A model generated the notes under the pieces. The model ran no database searches, was not told the DNA's origin, and saw only the letters and a list, made by a program, of their open reading frames with translations. This document shows, piece by piece, positions 1-7,360 of a stretch of 32,000 nt of DNA. How positions within the stretch are numbered: position 1 is the stretch's first letter; the number at the start of each line of letters is the position of its first letter. The position numbers were made by a program, and so were the translations under genes. The DNA is from an uncultured Muribaculaceae bacterium (GTDB lineage Bacteria; Pseudomonadota; Alphaproteobacteria; Rs-D84), in assembly GCA_965231035.1 (NCBI GenBank), contig OZ246409.1, positions 211,101-243,100 on the forward strand, in the 5' to 3' direction.

Positions 1-731
1 CGAATCAATACGGAACCTGGGACCAGTCTTAATGAACCTTCAAACGATGAATAAAGTCTGGAATTAAATTCTTCTTGTTCTTCTTTGGTTACTTTTTCTT
101 TTGGTAAAGTCAACCTATCTACTATCACAAAAATATTATGTTTTTTATTTTTATCCAAAGCCGGAACCGAATGCAAATCATATACATCTCCGTCAACGAT
201 TGCGCGCTGGTATCCTTGCTTGATTAGAAAAGCTATTTCTTTTCTGTATTCACCTTTGCGGTCACGAACCAAAGGCGCCATAACATAAATCTTGGTTGCG
301 GCTGGCAGCTTCAAGGTCCAATCAACCATCTCAGCAATTGTTTGTGATTTAATTGGCAATCCTGTCACAGGCGAATAAGGAACACCAACGCGTGCCCACA
401 ATAATCTGAAATAATCATAAATTTCGGTAACTGTTCCAACTGTGGAACGCGGATTTTTCGAAGTAGTTTTTTGTTCAATTGAAATTGCAGGAGATAAACC
501 TTCGATAATATCTACATCAGGTTTTTTTTGCATATCCAAGAACTGACGCGCATAAGAAGATAACGATTCAACATATCTACGTTGACCTTCGGCATAAATC
601 GTATTAAATGCCAACGACGATTTGCCCGAACCAGATACGCCAGTAAAGACCACCAATTTGTTTTTTGGTATGTCCAAGTCAATATTCTTAAGATTATTCT
701 CACGTGCGCCGCGAATTTTAATTGTGTTCAT
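1..731 (-). CDS. uvrA: Excinuclease ABC subunit A (UvrA), N-terminal part; the gene runs off the left edge
   Basis: Absent from the ORF track because there is no stop in the window. Reverse-strand translation from the ATG at 731..729 reads [65 protein letters not shown]... This is the canonical UvrA N-terminus with Walker [10 protein letters not shown]. Confidence 0.9.
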   Translation of the reverse strand, partial: MNTIKIRGARENNLKNIDLDIPKNKLVVFTGVSGSGKSSLAFNTIYAEGQRRYVESLSSYARQFLDMQKKPDVDIIEGLSPAISIEQKTTSKNPRSTVGTVTEIYDYFRLLWARVGVPYSPVTGLPIKSQTIAEMVDWTLKLPAATKIYVMAPLVRDRKGEYRKEIAFLIKQGYQRAIVDGDVYDLHSVPALDKNKKHNIFVIVDRLTLPKEKVTKEEQEEFNSRLYSSFEGSLRLVPGSVLI

Positions 732-773
732 AGCAAAGATTAATATAAAGAAAAAATTGAAGAATTCAATAAC

Positions 774-798
774 AAAGGGGCGATTTTTTCGCCCCTTT
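774..798 (-). terminator. Rho-independent terminator hairpin downstream of the rodZ-like gene
   Basis: AAAGGGGCG-atttttt-CGCCCCTTT stem-loop just after the stop at 803. It is T-rich on both sides, so it may act in both directions. Confidence 0.55.
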
Positions 799-802
799 GT
801 TT

Positions 803-1666
803 TTAGTCTTCTGTTGGTGCAGCTGGCTGCTGAGGTTCTGCAGCTGGCATCAAACCATTCGGATTCATCAAAACACCAGATTTTCTGGCATTCACAGCAC
901 CCAATTTTGGTGCCAATTTACCATTAACCCAAATATCTACACCGCCTGCGTTTCCAAATGTTCCCTTGTAAATATCGCCACTTGGAACATAATAAACGTC
1001 ACCAGCAACCAAAACACGACTGAAAACAGTGTTTCCACGAGCATCTTCAATCTTAACCCAAGATTCTTGGCTTGCTTGGATTATAACGTTTGCTGTTGTT
1101 GCATTTTCTGTTCCGAATTTTTCACGAACTTTTATGTTGTATTCTGGTTCTTTTACAACTGCTTCTGCGGCTTCTTCTGATTTATATTCATCAGATTGTC
1201 TTCCCAGTGACAAAACAAAAGACAAACCTGCAATCAGAATCACAAGACCTATGATTATTGAAACAATCCATCTCCAATGTTTATATGCATAAGTTGTAGT
1301 TTTTTCCAACGCCTTGCGTCCAATAGCTTTCATTTTTTTAACGCTATCGTCTGAATCTTCCATCATTTCTTCTTCGGCTTCTTCGTCAGATTCCGATTCG
1401 AATTTATCTTCGATTCCCATTTCTTTTTTTATTTTGTTAACTATTTCATCAGGGTTTAATCCCAATTCTATTGCATAGTTACGTGCAAAACCCAAAGCAT
1501 AAACTGGTTCTGGTATAGATTTATAATCGCCCTTTTCCAGCGCAGTCAAATATTCTTCGCGGATACACAACAATTTAGCAATTGTTGGAATTTCACGTTT
1601 ACGACGACCGCTGGTTCTGGCTTCTAAAAGCATCTGGGCAGCTGTTACTTCTTTACGTTCTGGCAT
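803..1666 (-). CDS. rodZ: RodZ-like cytoskeleton protein (N-terminal HTH, one TM helix, C-terminal DUF4115-like domain)
   Basis: N-terminus [45 protein letters not shown] matches the RodZ HTH pattern. A TM segment [22 protein letters not shown] follows. The C-terminus [27 protein letters not shown]...[14 protein letters not shown] matches the DUF4115 pattern. Confidence 0.75.
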   Translation of the reverse strand: MPERKEVTAAQMLLEARTSGRRKREIPTIAKLLCIREEYLTALEKGDYKSIPEPVYALGFARNYAIELGLNPDEIVNKIKKEMGIEDKFESESDEEAEEEMMEDSDDSVKKMKAIGRKALEKTTTYAYKHWRWIVSIIIGLVILIAGLSFVLSLGRQSDEYKSEEAAEAVVKEPEYNIKVREKFGTENATTANVIIQASQESWVKIEDARGNTVFSRVLVAGDVYYVPSGDIYKGTFGNAGGVDIWVNGKLAPKLGAVNARKSGVLMNPNGLMPAAEPQQPAAPTED

Positions 1667-1712
1667 TTGTTTTCATCCTTGGTGTGTAATTTATGATTAT
1701 TAATAATAGAAA

Positions 1713-2660
1713 TTATGTGTTATCAAAGCAATTGAAAAATTCATCAATTATATATTTCAAGGCGGTTGCCTCGGTTACTTGGTTAACGCGTATTCTGAAG
1801 TCGGCAGAATTTTTAAGCCCGGCAGAATACCAAGCCGCATGCTTTCTGAACAATGGAATTCCTGCCTTTTCGCCGTAATATTCTAGAACCAGATCCAAAT
1901 GTTCCAGTATAACTGCCCTTATATCTATTGATTCAGGTAACTTTTTTCCACTTAATTGACCCAACAACCAGGGTTTACCCAACAAAGCTCGACCTATCAT
2001 TATCCCGTCATATCCCAGTTTTTCTATTTTCAGGACATCTTCTGGGGTACCGATATCACCATTTCCGATTATTGGGATTAAACCAGCTGGTTTTTCTTCC
2101 AGAACTGCATGTCCAGAATACAATTGTGCGCGTGTTCTGCCATGCAAGACCGCAAATTTTGCCCCTTCGTTCCCAGCAATACGAATCAGGTCTTGCCAAT
2201 CCCGATGAGAATCGTCCCACCCCAGCCTTGTTTTTACAGAAACAGGTATTTTTACAGCCGAAACAACTTCTTTGATTATTCGCCCAGCCAAAGCATGATC
2301 ACGCATTAACCAAGCCCCCGCCCCTGCACGTGTTGCAACCTTTGGCACGGGACAGCCCATATTTATATCAATCCACTTGGCCCCTTGGGATTCCAAGATT
2401 TTTGCCGCATCTGCCATTAATTCTGGCCTGGCACCAAAAATCTGGGCACCAATATTACCTTCATATGAATAATCGTCAAAATTTCTGACACAATTCTTGT
2501 GCCGCCCGACCAAAGAATGACAAGATATCATTTCCGTTACCAAAGAAGCCTTTGGTGCGTACTTTCGCAAAATCTTACGAAACGGCTTGTCAGTAATGCC
2601 TGCCAGCGGTGCTGCAAAAATTTGATTATCTTTGAACATTTGTGGTATAATTGCACACAT
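1713..2660 (-). CDS. dus: tRNA-dihydrouridine synthase (Dus family)
   Basis: FAAPLAGITDKPFRKILRKY, DINMGCPVPKV, VSVKTRLGWDD and AVLHGRTRAQLYSG are Dus family motifs. The start is uncertain (Met at 2660 or 2639). The 383-aa track ORF extends upstream over the ftsB-like gene, and that extension is probably not translated. Confidence 0.85.
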   Translation of the reverse strand: MCAIIPQMFKDNQIFAAPLAGITDKPFRKILRKYAPKASLVTEMISCHSLVGRHKNCVRNFDDYSYEGNIGAQIFGARPELMADAAKILESQGAKWIDINMGCPVPKVATRAGAGAWLMRDHALAGRIIKEVVSAVKIPVSVKTRLGWDDSHRDWQDLIRIAGNEGAKFAVLHGRTRAQLYSGHAVLEEKPAGLIPIIGNGDIGTPEDVLKIEKLGYDGIMIGRALLGKPWLLGQLSGKKLPESIDIRAVILEHLDLVLEYYGEKAGIPLFRKHAAWYSAGLKNSADFRIRVNQVTEATALKYIIDEFFNCFDNT

Positions 2661-2985
2661 GTGGGATAAAATCAAAATTTTATTTGGATTCTTGGGCCGT
2701 GCTTGGTCTGGTGGAATTCGTGGGAAAATTGGCGTATTGGCTGCATTTTTTGCATGCTTTATGTTTATCAGAATATTCTTTGGCGAAGTAAGCCTGCAAA
2801 AATTTGTTATAAATATCTGGCGACTGAATTCTGAACAGCAACAATTGGTCGCGGAACAGAACAAACTGCATATGATTGAACGTCATATCCAGTTGATACA
2901 AAATTATTCGCCCGATTATCTTGAAGAAATCGGATTAAAATATCTGAATATCGGCGACCCAAATGCAAAAGTTTTAAAAGTCTAA
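2659..2985 (+). CDS. ftsB: Septum formation initiator (FtsB/DivIC family)
   Basis: Small bitopic protein with a TM segment (VLAAFFACFMFIRIFF), then a coiled-coil LNSEQQQLVAEQNKLHMIERHIQLIQ, then the tail SPDYLEEIGLKYLNIGDPNAKVLKV typical of FtsB. The start codon is uncertain (2632 or 2659). Confidence 0.65.
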   Translation: MWDKIKILFGFLGRAWSGGIRGKIGVLAAFFACFMFIRIFFGEVSLQKFVINIWRLNSEQQQLVAEQNKLHMIERHIQLIQNYSPDYLEEIGLKYLNIGDPNAKVLKV

Positions 2986-3005
2986 CCCCATAAAAAGGAG
3001 ATGAA

Positions 3006-3476
3006 ATGAAAGTATTTAAATTCTTATTGGCATTGGCTTTGTCATTTATCCCAGGCGCACTTGGAATACTTTGGACACCAACCAGTGGCGGCAGTGCTTG
3101 GTATTCTACATTGGCACACCCTATTCTGACACCACCTTCTTGGTTCTTTGGCGTTATGTGGACAACATTGTATTTGTTGCTGGCGGTTGCTTTTTATTTG
3201 GTAATAAGAACAGCAAAAGCATCTCGAGAAAAATTACTTTCTATTGAATTGTTTGTTACTCATATAATTTTGAACGCATCATGGAGCTATGTATTCTTTG
3301 GTGAACACCTGATAACATTTGGTGCAGTAATGATTATTGCATTGATAATTGTCGCATTTATGATGTCCCAAGAATTTGGTCGTTCACACAGATACGCCAG
3401 AATATTGGTAATTCCATACATAGTTTGGTTGTTCTGTGCATTGTATCTGAACACTGGTATTTATTTCTTGAATTAA
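3006..3476 (+). CDS. tspO: TspO/MBR family tryptophan-rich sensory protein (paralog 1, the most canonical)
   Basis: Five-TM protein of 156 aa with WYSTLAHPILTPPSWFFGVMWTTLY, NASWSYVFFG and IPYIVWLFCALYLN. A good RBS AAAGGAG lies upstream. Confidence 0.85.
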   Translation: MKVFKFLLALALSFIPGALGILWTPTSGGSAWYSTLAHPILTPPSWFFGVMWTTLYLLLAVAFYLVIRTAKASREKLLSIELFVTHIILNASWSYVFFGEHLITFGAVMIIALIIVAFMMSQEFGRSHRYARILVIPYIVWLFCALYLNTGIYFLN

Positions 3477-3480
3477 AATA

Positions 3481-3500
3481 AAATCCCGAATTCGGGATTT
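3481..3500. terminator. Bidirectional terminator hairpin between convergent genes
   Basis: AAATCCCGAATTCGGGATTT is a perfect palindrome flanked by A-runs and T-runs. It overlaps the stop codon of the minus-strand gene. Confidence 0.65.
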
Positions 3501-4246
3501 TATTTTTGTTTTGCATTTATAAAGTTTAACTTATATGCATTACTTGGTATATCACCTTCACATTTGCCACCATAACTAAATCCCGTAACAGCTCCATCCA
3601 GGTACAATGCGTTTTTGATCCCCTGATTCTGCAAATATTTTGCCAACTCTGACATAGTCACATCATCATAAACATAAACAACTATAAGTTCGGAACCTGG
3701 CTTATTATAACCTATTACAACCCTAGAATATCTTGCACCTTTTGCTTTTTCTATATTTGTCGGAATTTTACCGTTTTGAATAAGCATAGGACCATTTTGA
3801 AAAGCTCTTGTTATTCCATTTTTATCTTCTTTTCCATAATCTTCTTCTATAAATTGTTCCGTTGATTTTATTACACACGAATCACCTCTATAAATTATGA
3901 AAACGCCTGATAATCCAAAAAGATTAAAATTATTGTTACCCAATATTCCTTCTTTCATTATGCTTGTTTCTGGTTTTACAATCGCTGGATCCCATTTCTT
4001 AGTTAAACTATGATAAACACCTCCTACTGGATTACCATTTTCATAATATAATGGTCCATTTATTGTAAGCCCGGGATTACCGCACAAATTTTTAACAAAA
4101 CACATTTTTGATTTTTTTAGATTAATTTCAAAGATGCTATATTTAGATTCTGCAAAATTTTTAGAATTTTGTGCATCAGCAGAAACTGCATATAAAATGC
4201 AAGTTCCGAATAAAGCAAGTTTTAAAGAAACAAAAATTCTATTCAT
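3500..4246 (-). CDS. Secreted protein resembling the phosphodiester glycosidase (DUF2233/NAGPA) family
   Basis: Signal peptide MNRIFVSLKLALFGTCILYAVSADA. The C-terminal half AFQNGPMLIQNGKIP...SRVVIGYNKPGSELIVVYVYDDVTMSELAKYLQNQGIKNALYLDGAVTGF follows the DUF2233 pattern (QxGPxLxxxG...R..iG...l.lvv.....t..ela......G...AlnLDGG). The final DGG motif is degenerate. Confidence 0.5.
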   Translation of the reverse strand: MNRIFVSLKLALFGTCILYAVSADAQNSKNFAESKYSIFEINLKKSKMCFVKNLCGNPGLTINGPLYYENGNPVGGVYHSLTKKWDPAIVKPETSIMKEGILGNNNFNLFGLSGVFIIYRGDSCVIKSTEQFIEEDYGKEDKNGITRAFQNGPMLIQNGKIPTNIEKAKGARYSRVVIGYNKPGSELIVVYVYDDVTMSELAKYLQNQGIKNALYLDGAVTGFSYGGKCEGDIPSNAYKLNFINAKQK

Positions 4247-4347
4247 AATAATCTAGTTTTTTTCAAAACGTACTACAGTTTATTAAATTTTCAAGTTTTT
4301 TGATTATTTCAACATCATAAAAAACCTAAGAATTCGTTCTTATAATC

Positions 4348-4392
4348 AACTCCTGTGATTTTTGTTAAAATTCAGAGCAGAACACAGGAGTT
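4348..4392 (+). promoter_or_regulatory. 10-bp perfect inverted repeat whose 3' arm contains the Shine-Dalgarno sequence of TspO paralog 2
   Basis: AACTCCTGTG (4348..4357) and CACAGGAGTT (4383..4392) are separated by 25 nt. AGGAG at 4386..4390 sits 6 nt before the ATG at 4397. A TATAAT hexamer lies at 4341..4346. Confidence 0.4.
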
Positions 4393-4396
4393 TAAA

Positions 4397-4870
4397 ATGA
4401 ATCCCGTAAAACTTTTATTTGCATTATTTTTATCATACTTCCCAGGTATTGTTGGATTTTTCTGGTTACCCACCGGTGGAATTGATCCATGGTATTCTGC
4501 TTTGATAAAAAGTCCTTTTACGCCTTCTTTGAATATGGTTTTTTTAATATGTTTTCCAATAATTTATTTTCTTTTGGGCTTTGCATTTTATATGATAATA
4601 AAGCCTAAATATACCAAACGCAGCATAGACACAGCTGTTGCATTGTTCGGCATTAATATGTTTCTACAATCTGTTTGGAATTTTGTCTTTTTTAAACTTC
4701 ATATGGTTATAATATCAGAATTAATTATCTTAGGGTCTATAACCATAGCTTTTTTAATGCAAAGAAAATTTTCGCTTGAAAACAAAAAAGCTGGTTATTT
4801 AATTTTCCCCTATATTTTCTGGCTGATGTTTTCATTTTACTTGGTTGGCAGCGTAATTTTCTTAAATTAA
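4397..4870 (+). CDS. TspO/MBR family protein (divergent paralog 2)
   Basis: Same length and five-TM layout as paralog 1: LSYFPGIVGFFWLPTGGIDPWYSALIKSPFTPS, QSVWNFVFFK, FPYIFWLMFSFYL. The start is set at the Met preceded by AGGAG. The track ORF begins at an upstream GTG. Confidence 0.75.
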   Translation: MNPVKLLFALFLSYFPGIVGFFWLPTGGIDPWYSALIKSPFTPSLNMVFLICFPIIYFLLGFAFYMIIKPKYTKRSIDTAVALFGINMFLQSVWNFVFFKLHMVIISELIILGSITIAFLMQRKFSLENKKAGYLIFPYIFWLMFSFYLVGSVIFLN

Positions 4871-4897
4871 GAAAACAATTTTATTAAAGGATTTAAA

Positions 4898-5368
4898 ATG
4901 ACAGTAATGAAATTTATATTTTCCATGATTTTGTCTTTTATGCCAGGCTTAGTTAATCTTTTTTGGCTGCCAAGTGGTGTAGGAACCGAATGGTATGCCA
5001 GTTTGGCAAAATTTCCATTTACCCCAGAAATTCATGTATTTAGTTTTTTGTGGGCAGCAGTGCATGTGTTGCTGGGTATAGGGTTGTTTTTGGTTATCAA
5101 GGGCGACGAAGAAACGGACAATATAAACAAAGCCGTTGGTTTATTTTTAACAGATATAGTTGTAAGTGCCAGCTGGCCATTTATACTTTTTAAATATCAA
5201 ATAATACCATTAAGCACAATCAGCGCTGTTGCGCTGCTGTTGATTGCAATTTTTATGCAGAAAACTTTTACCAAAGAAAACAAAATTGCTGGCAATATCG
5301 TACTTATTTATATAATTTGGTTATCGTTTTCTTTGTATTTGAATTTGGGATTATTAATATTAAATTAA
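4898..5368 (+). CDS. TspO/MBR family protein (divergent paralog 3)
   Basis: LSFMPGLVNLFWLPSGVGTEWYASLAKFPFTPE, SASWPFILFK and LIYIIWLSFSLYLN. An RBS AAAGGA lies upstream. Confidence 0.75.
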   Translation: MTVMKFIFSMILSFMPGLVNLFWLPSGVGTEWYASLAKFPFTPEIHVFSFLWAAVHVLLGIGLFLVIKGDEETDNINKAVGLFLTDIVVSASWPFILFKYQIIPLSTISAVALLLIAIFMQKTFTKENKIAGNIVLIYIIWLSFSLYLNLGLLILN

Positions 5369-5370
5369 AA

Positions 5371-5386
5371 ACCGCCAAATGGCGGT
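5371..5386. terminator. Terminator hairpin ACCGCCAAATGGCGGT (member of a recurring hairpin family)
   Basis: Perfect 6-bp stem with A-run and T-run flanks. It sits between the 3' end of the tspO paralog 3 gene and the 3' end of the tRNA-Arg gene, which are convergent. Confidence 0.7.
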
Positions 5387-5400
5387 TTTTAAATTTATTT

Positions 5401-5446
5401 TGGTGCGCCCAACAAGATTCGAACTTGTGACCTGCAGATTAGAAAT
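5401..5446 (-). tRNA. 3' portion of an interrupted tRNA-Arg(UCU): anticodon loop copy, 3' anticodon stem, variable loop, T-arm, acceptor 3' strand, CCA
   Basis: The minus strand reads ATTTCTAA-TCTGC-AGGTC-ACAAG-TTCGAAT-CTTGT-TGGGCGC-A-CCA. The acceptor strand TGGGCGC pairs perfectly with GCGCCCA at 5850..5844. Confidence 0.85.
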
Positions 5447-5553
5447 TTATGGGCACAAACTATAAATCACCTTGATTTCTAACGGTTATACGACTTACAA
5501 TTTTTTGTGGCTAACCTATGGATAACTTTTACCATAAAAACTCTGATTTTACT

Positions 5554-5630
5554 TGGTGTGGTCGGTGGGAATCGAACCCACACTCTATGGATTAGAAATC
5601 CATTGCATTATCCAGTTATGCTACGACCAC
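5554..5630 (-). tRNA. tRNA-Arg(UCU), intact, nested inside the interrupted tRNA-Arg gene
   Basis: Manual cloverleaf: GTGGTCG-TA-GCAT-AACTGGATA-ATGC-A-ATGGA-TTTCTAA-TCCAT-AGAGT-GTGGG-TTCGATT-CCCAC-CGACCAC-A-CCA. All stems are Watson-Crick and the total is 77 nt with an encoded CCA. Confidence 0.9.
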
Positions 5631-5646
5631 TTAGCGAACTTGACGG

Positions 5647-5675
5647 ATTTTACACTATATTTTTTCAAATTTCAA
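5647..5675 (-). promoter_or_regulatory. Sigma70-type promoter for the nested tRNA-Arg
   Basis: The minus strand reads TTGAAA-N17-TAAAAT. The -10 ends 16 nt before the tRNA 5' end. Confidence 0.6.
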
Positions 5676-5811
5676 TTTGTTTTATTCAGTTTTTGTTTCT
5701 CTAATAATTAAATCATTAAATTCTTCTGATTTAAACTTATCTTGAGCCAAACAATGTATTTTGATAAGCGACGCCCATTCCGTTGAAATTTTTCCGATCT
5801 CTTGCATAATT

Positions 5812-5850
5812 TTAGAAATCTGATGCTCTATCCAGCTGAGCTATGGGCGC
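5812..5850 (-). tRNA. 5' portion of the interrupted tRNA-Arg(UCU): acceptor 5' strand, D-arm, 5' anticodon stem, anticodon loop copy
   Basis: The minus strand reads GCGCCCA-TA-GCTC-AGCTGGATA-GAGC-A-TCAGA-TTTCTAA. Joined to 5438..5401 it gives a 77-nt cloverleaf with a single U-C mismatch at the top of the anticodon stem. Confidence 0.85.
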
Positions 5851-5859
5851 ATTGCGAGC

Positions 5860-5888
5860 ATTTTATACTATAAAAGTCCAAATTTCAA
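5860..5888 (-). promoter_or_regulatory. Sigma70-type promoter for the interrupted tRNA-Arg
   Basis: The minus strand reads TTGAAA-TTTGGACTTTTATAGTA-TAAAAT, ending 9 nt before the tRNA 5' end. It is very similar to the promoter at 5647..5675. Confidence 0.6.
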
Positions 5889-6016
5889 GCCCAGGTTATA
5901 AAAAAACTCCTGAATCCAAAGTGCCCCATCAGAAACACCCCTGCAAAAATTATTCACCATAGGCAGTAAATATGATGAATTTAAAGAACAAGAAAAAGTA
6001 TTCTATGGAGTATAAA

Positions 6017-6664
6017 TTATTCCCCACCTTTTGGGGTTTGGTTTGATTTAAGCCAATCTGGCAAATCCTTTAAAGACAACTTTTCTCCGTCCCAATCAAG
6101 TTTAAAATAAGTTGCATTAGGCATTCCGCCTGTTGGTATATCAAAATTTATAAATTTTGATATTAAAGATCTTGCTACACCACCATGAGTAGATATTCCA
6201 ATTTTAAATTTATCACAGTTTTTAGCTATGCCTAATATTGCAGCAACTGAACGAGATACTAAATCATTATGGCTTTCTCCATTTTCAGGAACAAAATCAG
6301 GATTCCACATTCTACTAGATTGCATAACTATTAAATCTTTGGACAAATCTAATTGTTCTTCTTCTGGCTTATCTGTTAAATGTACAATTTTACCACCCAA
6401 AACACCAAAATTTCTTTCTCTTAAATCATCATTCGTTAAAATTTTTGTATCATTAATCTTTGCAACTATATTTGCTGTTTCTAATGCTCTAAGTAAAGGC
6501 GAAGAATAAATTATATCAAGTCCAATAGGCTCTAAAACTTTTGCCAAATCATTAGCCTGTTCAATACCACTATGGTTTAATGGAATATCTATCCAACCTT
6601 GAGTACGCCTTTCCACATTCCAGTCTGTTTCACCGTGTCTAAAAATATATAAGCTTTTATTCAT
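6017..6664 (-). CDS. Histidine phosphatase family protein (phosphoglycerate mutase-like)
   Basis: N-terminal LYIFRHGETDWN catalytic motif and a later ISTHGGV motif. Confidence 0.8.
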   Translation of the reverse strand: MNKSLYIFRHGETDWNVERRTQGWIDIPLNHSGIEQANDLAKVLEPIGLDIIYSSPLLRALETANIVAKINDTKILTNDDLRERNFGVLGGKIVHLTDKPEEEQLDLSKDLIVMQSSRMWNPDFVPENGESHNDLVSRSVAAILGIAKNCDKFKIGISTHGGVARSLISKFINFDIPTGGMPNATYFKLDWDGEKLSLKDLPDWLKSNQTPKGGE

Positions 6665-6703
6665 TTTAATATACAGTTCGTGTTTAAATTTGTTTTAATA
6701 TAA

Positions 6704-7300
6704 TTATTTCTTTATTGGAGGGTCTGTTCTTCTTCCTCTTTTATTAATTTTATTATATGCCCGTCTTTGTTTAGTTATTTCATACAAGACTATTCCTGTT
6801 GAGGTTGCCAAGTTCAAACTTTCAACAATTCCGTATTGTTCAATTGCAACACAAGCACAGCTTCTTTCTACCGCACGGTCGCTTATCCCCCTTGATTCAG
6901 TCCCGAACCAAACCGCCAATCTTTTTTGCGTAAAATCCCCATCTTGAAGTATTACATTCATCTTTCCTTTGATGTGTGGAGATGTTACAACTGATACGAA
7001 TTTATTTTTTTCAAGATGATCCATGCATTCATCAGTTGTTTTGAATTTCTTTACAAAAGTCCATCTGACCGACCCAACCGATGGTTTAAGCAAATCTCTT
7101 TTATCACGCATAGAATCCCAATTTTTTGGAATAACACCTTGGCTATCGACAATATAAACTTTTTCAACACCCAGTGCATTTACATTTCTTATAACTGTAC
7201 CGATATTTTTTACATCGCTTGGTTCTTCCAAAACAGCGATAAGATTTTTGCATCTACCAATTTTGGCTTTGTCTGCTTTTTGTCTTAATGGTGTTTTCAT
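6704..7300 (-). CDS. SpoU/TrmH family RNA 2'-O-methyltransferase
   Basis: VKNIGTVIRNVNALGVEKVYIV, LAVWFGTESRGIS and ESLNLATSTGIVLYE are SPOUT-class motifs. Confidence 0.8.
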   Translation of the reverse strand: MKTPLRQKADKAKIGRCKNLIAVLEEPSDVKNIGTVIRNVNALGVEKVYIVDSQGVIPKNWDSMRDKRDLLKPSVGSVRWTFVKKFKTTDECMDHLEKNKFVSVVTSPHIKGKMNVILQDGDFTQKRLAVWFGTESRGISDRAVERSCACVAIEQYGIVESLNLATSTGIVLYEITKQRRAYNKINKRGRRTDPPIKK

Positions 7301-7360
7301 AACTATTCCTTATTAATTTGTTATTAAATAATACGATAATAATTTAATCTTATCAACCAT

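Larger units (their letters stand above)
5447..5811 (-). mobile_element. 365-bp insert inside the tRNA-Arg anticodon loop, flanked by the 8-bp direct repeat ATTTCTAA; it carries a promoter and an intact tRNA-Arg(UCU)
   Basis: ATTTCTAA (minus strand) occurs at 5812..5819 and 5439..5446 and borders the insert. No ORF of meaningful size lies inside it. Its nature is unresolved: a cis-mobilizable remnant of an integrative element, a MITE-like element, or a non-canonical intervening sequence. Confidence 0.45.

Noticed and set aside
797-1292. Plus-strand ORFs of 127 and 87 aa
   Set aside because: They are antisense to the well-supported rodZ-like gene. The sequences are Cys/Phe-rich and low-complexity with no start context.
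2661-2864. N-terminal 68-75 codon extension of the dus ORF
   Set aside because: The extension has no similarity to Dus N-termini, which normally begin about 10-17 residues before the APMAG.TD motif. It also overlaps the oppositely oriented ftsB-like gene.
5507-5704. 65-aa plus-strand ORF
   Set aside because: It runs antisense through the intact tRNA-Arg gene and its promoter, and has no RBS.
5439-5819. Self-splicing group I intron in the tRNA-Arg anticodon loop, as known for tRNA-Arg(CCU), tRNA-Ile(CAU) and tRNA-Leu(UAA) in some bacteria
   Set aside because: Every junction allowed by the 8-bp repeat makes the intervening sequence end in A or T, never the required terminal G. I could not find a P7/J8-7-like core (e.g. 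AGACUA-type segment) or a convincing P1 internal guide. The insert also carries a promoter and a complete tRNA, which fits an insertion better than an intron. A covariance-model scan is still needed to be sure.
6017-7300. Histidine phosphatase plus SpoU methyltransferase pair as a possible toxin-antitoxin or defence pair, given their position between two tRNA-associated insertions
   Set aside because: Both carry intact housekeeping-type catalytic motifs. Nothing in the sequence links them functionally, and adjacency alone is insufficient.
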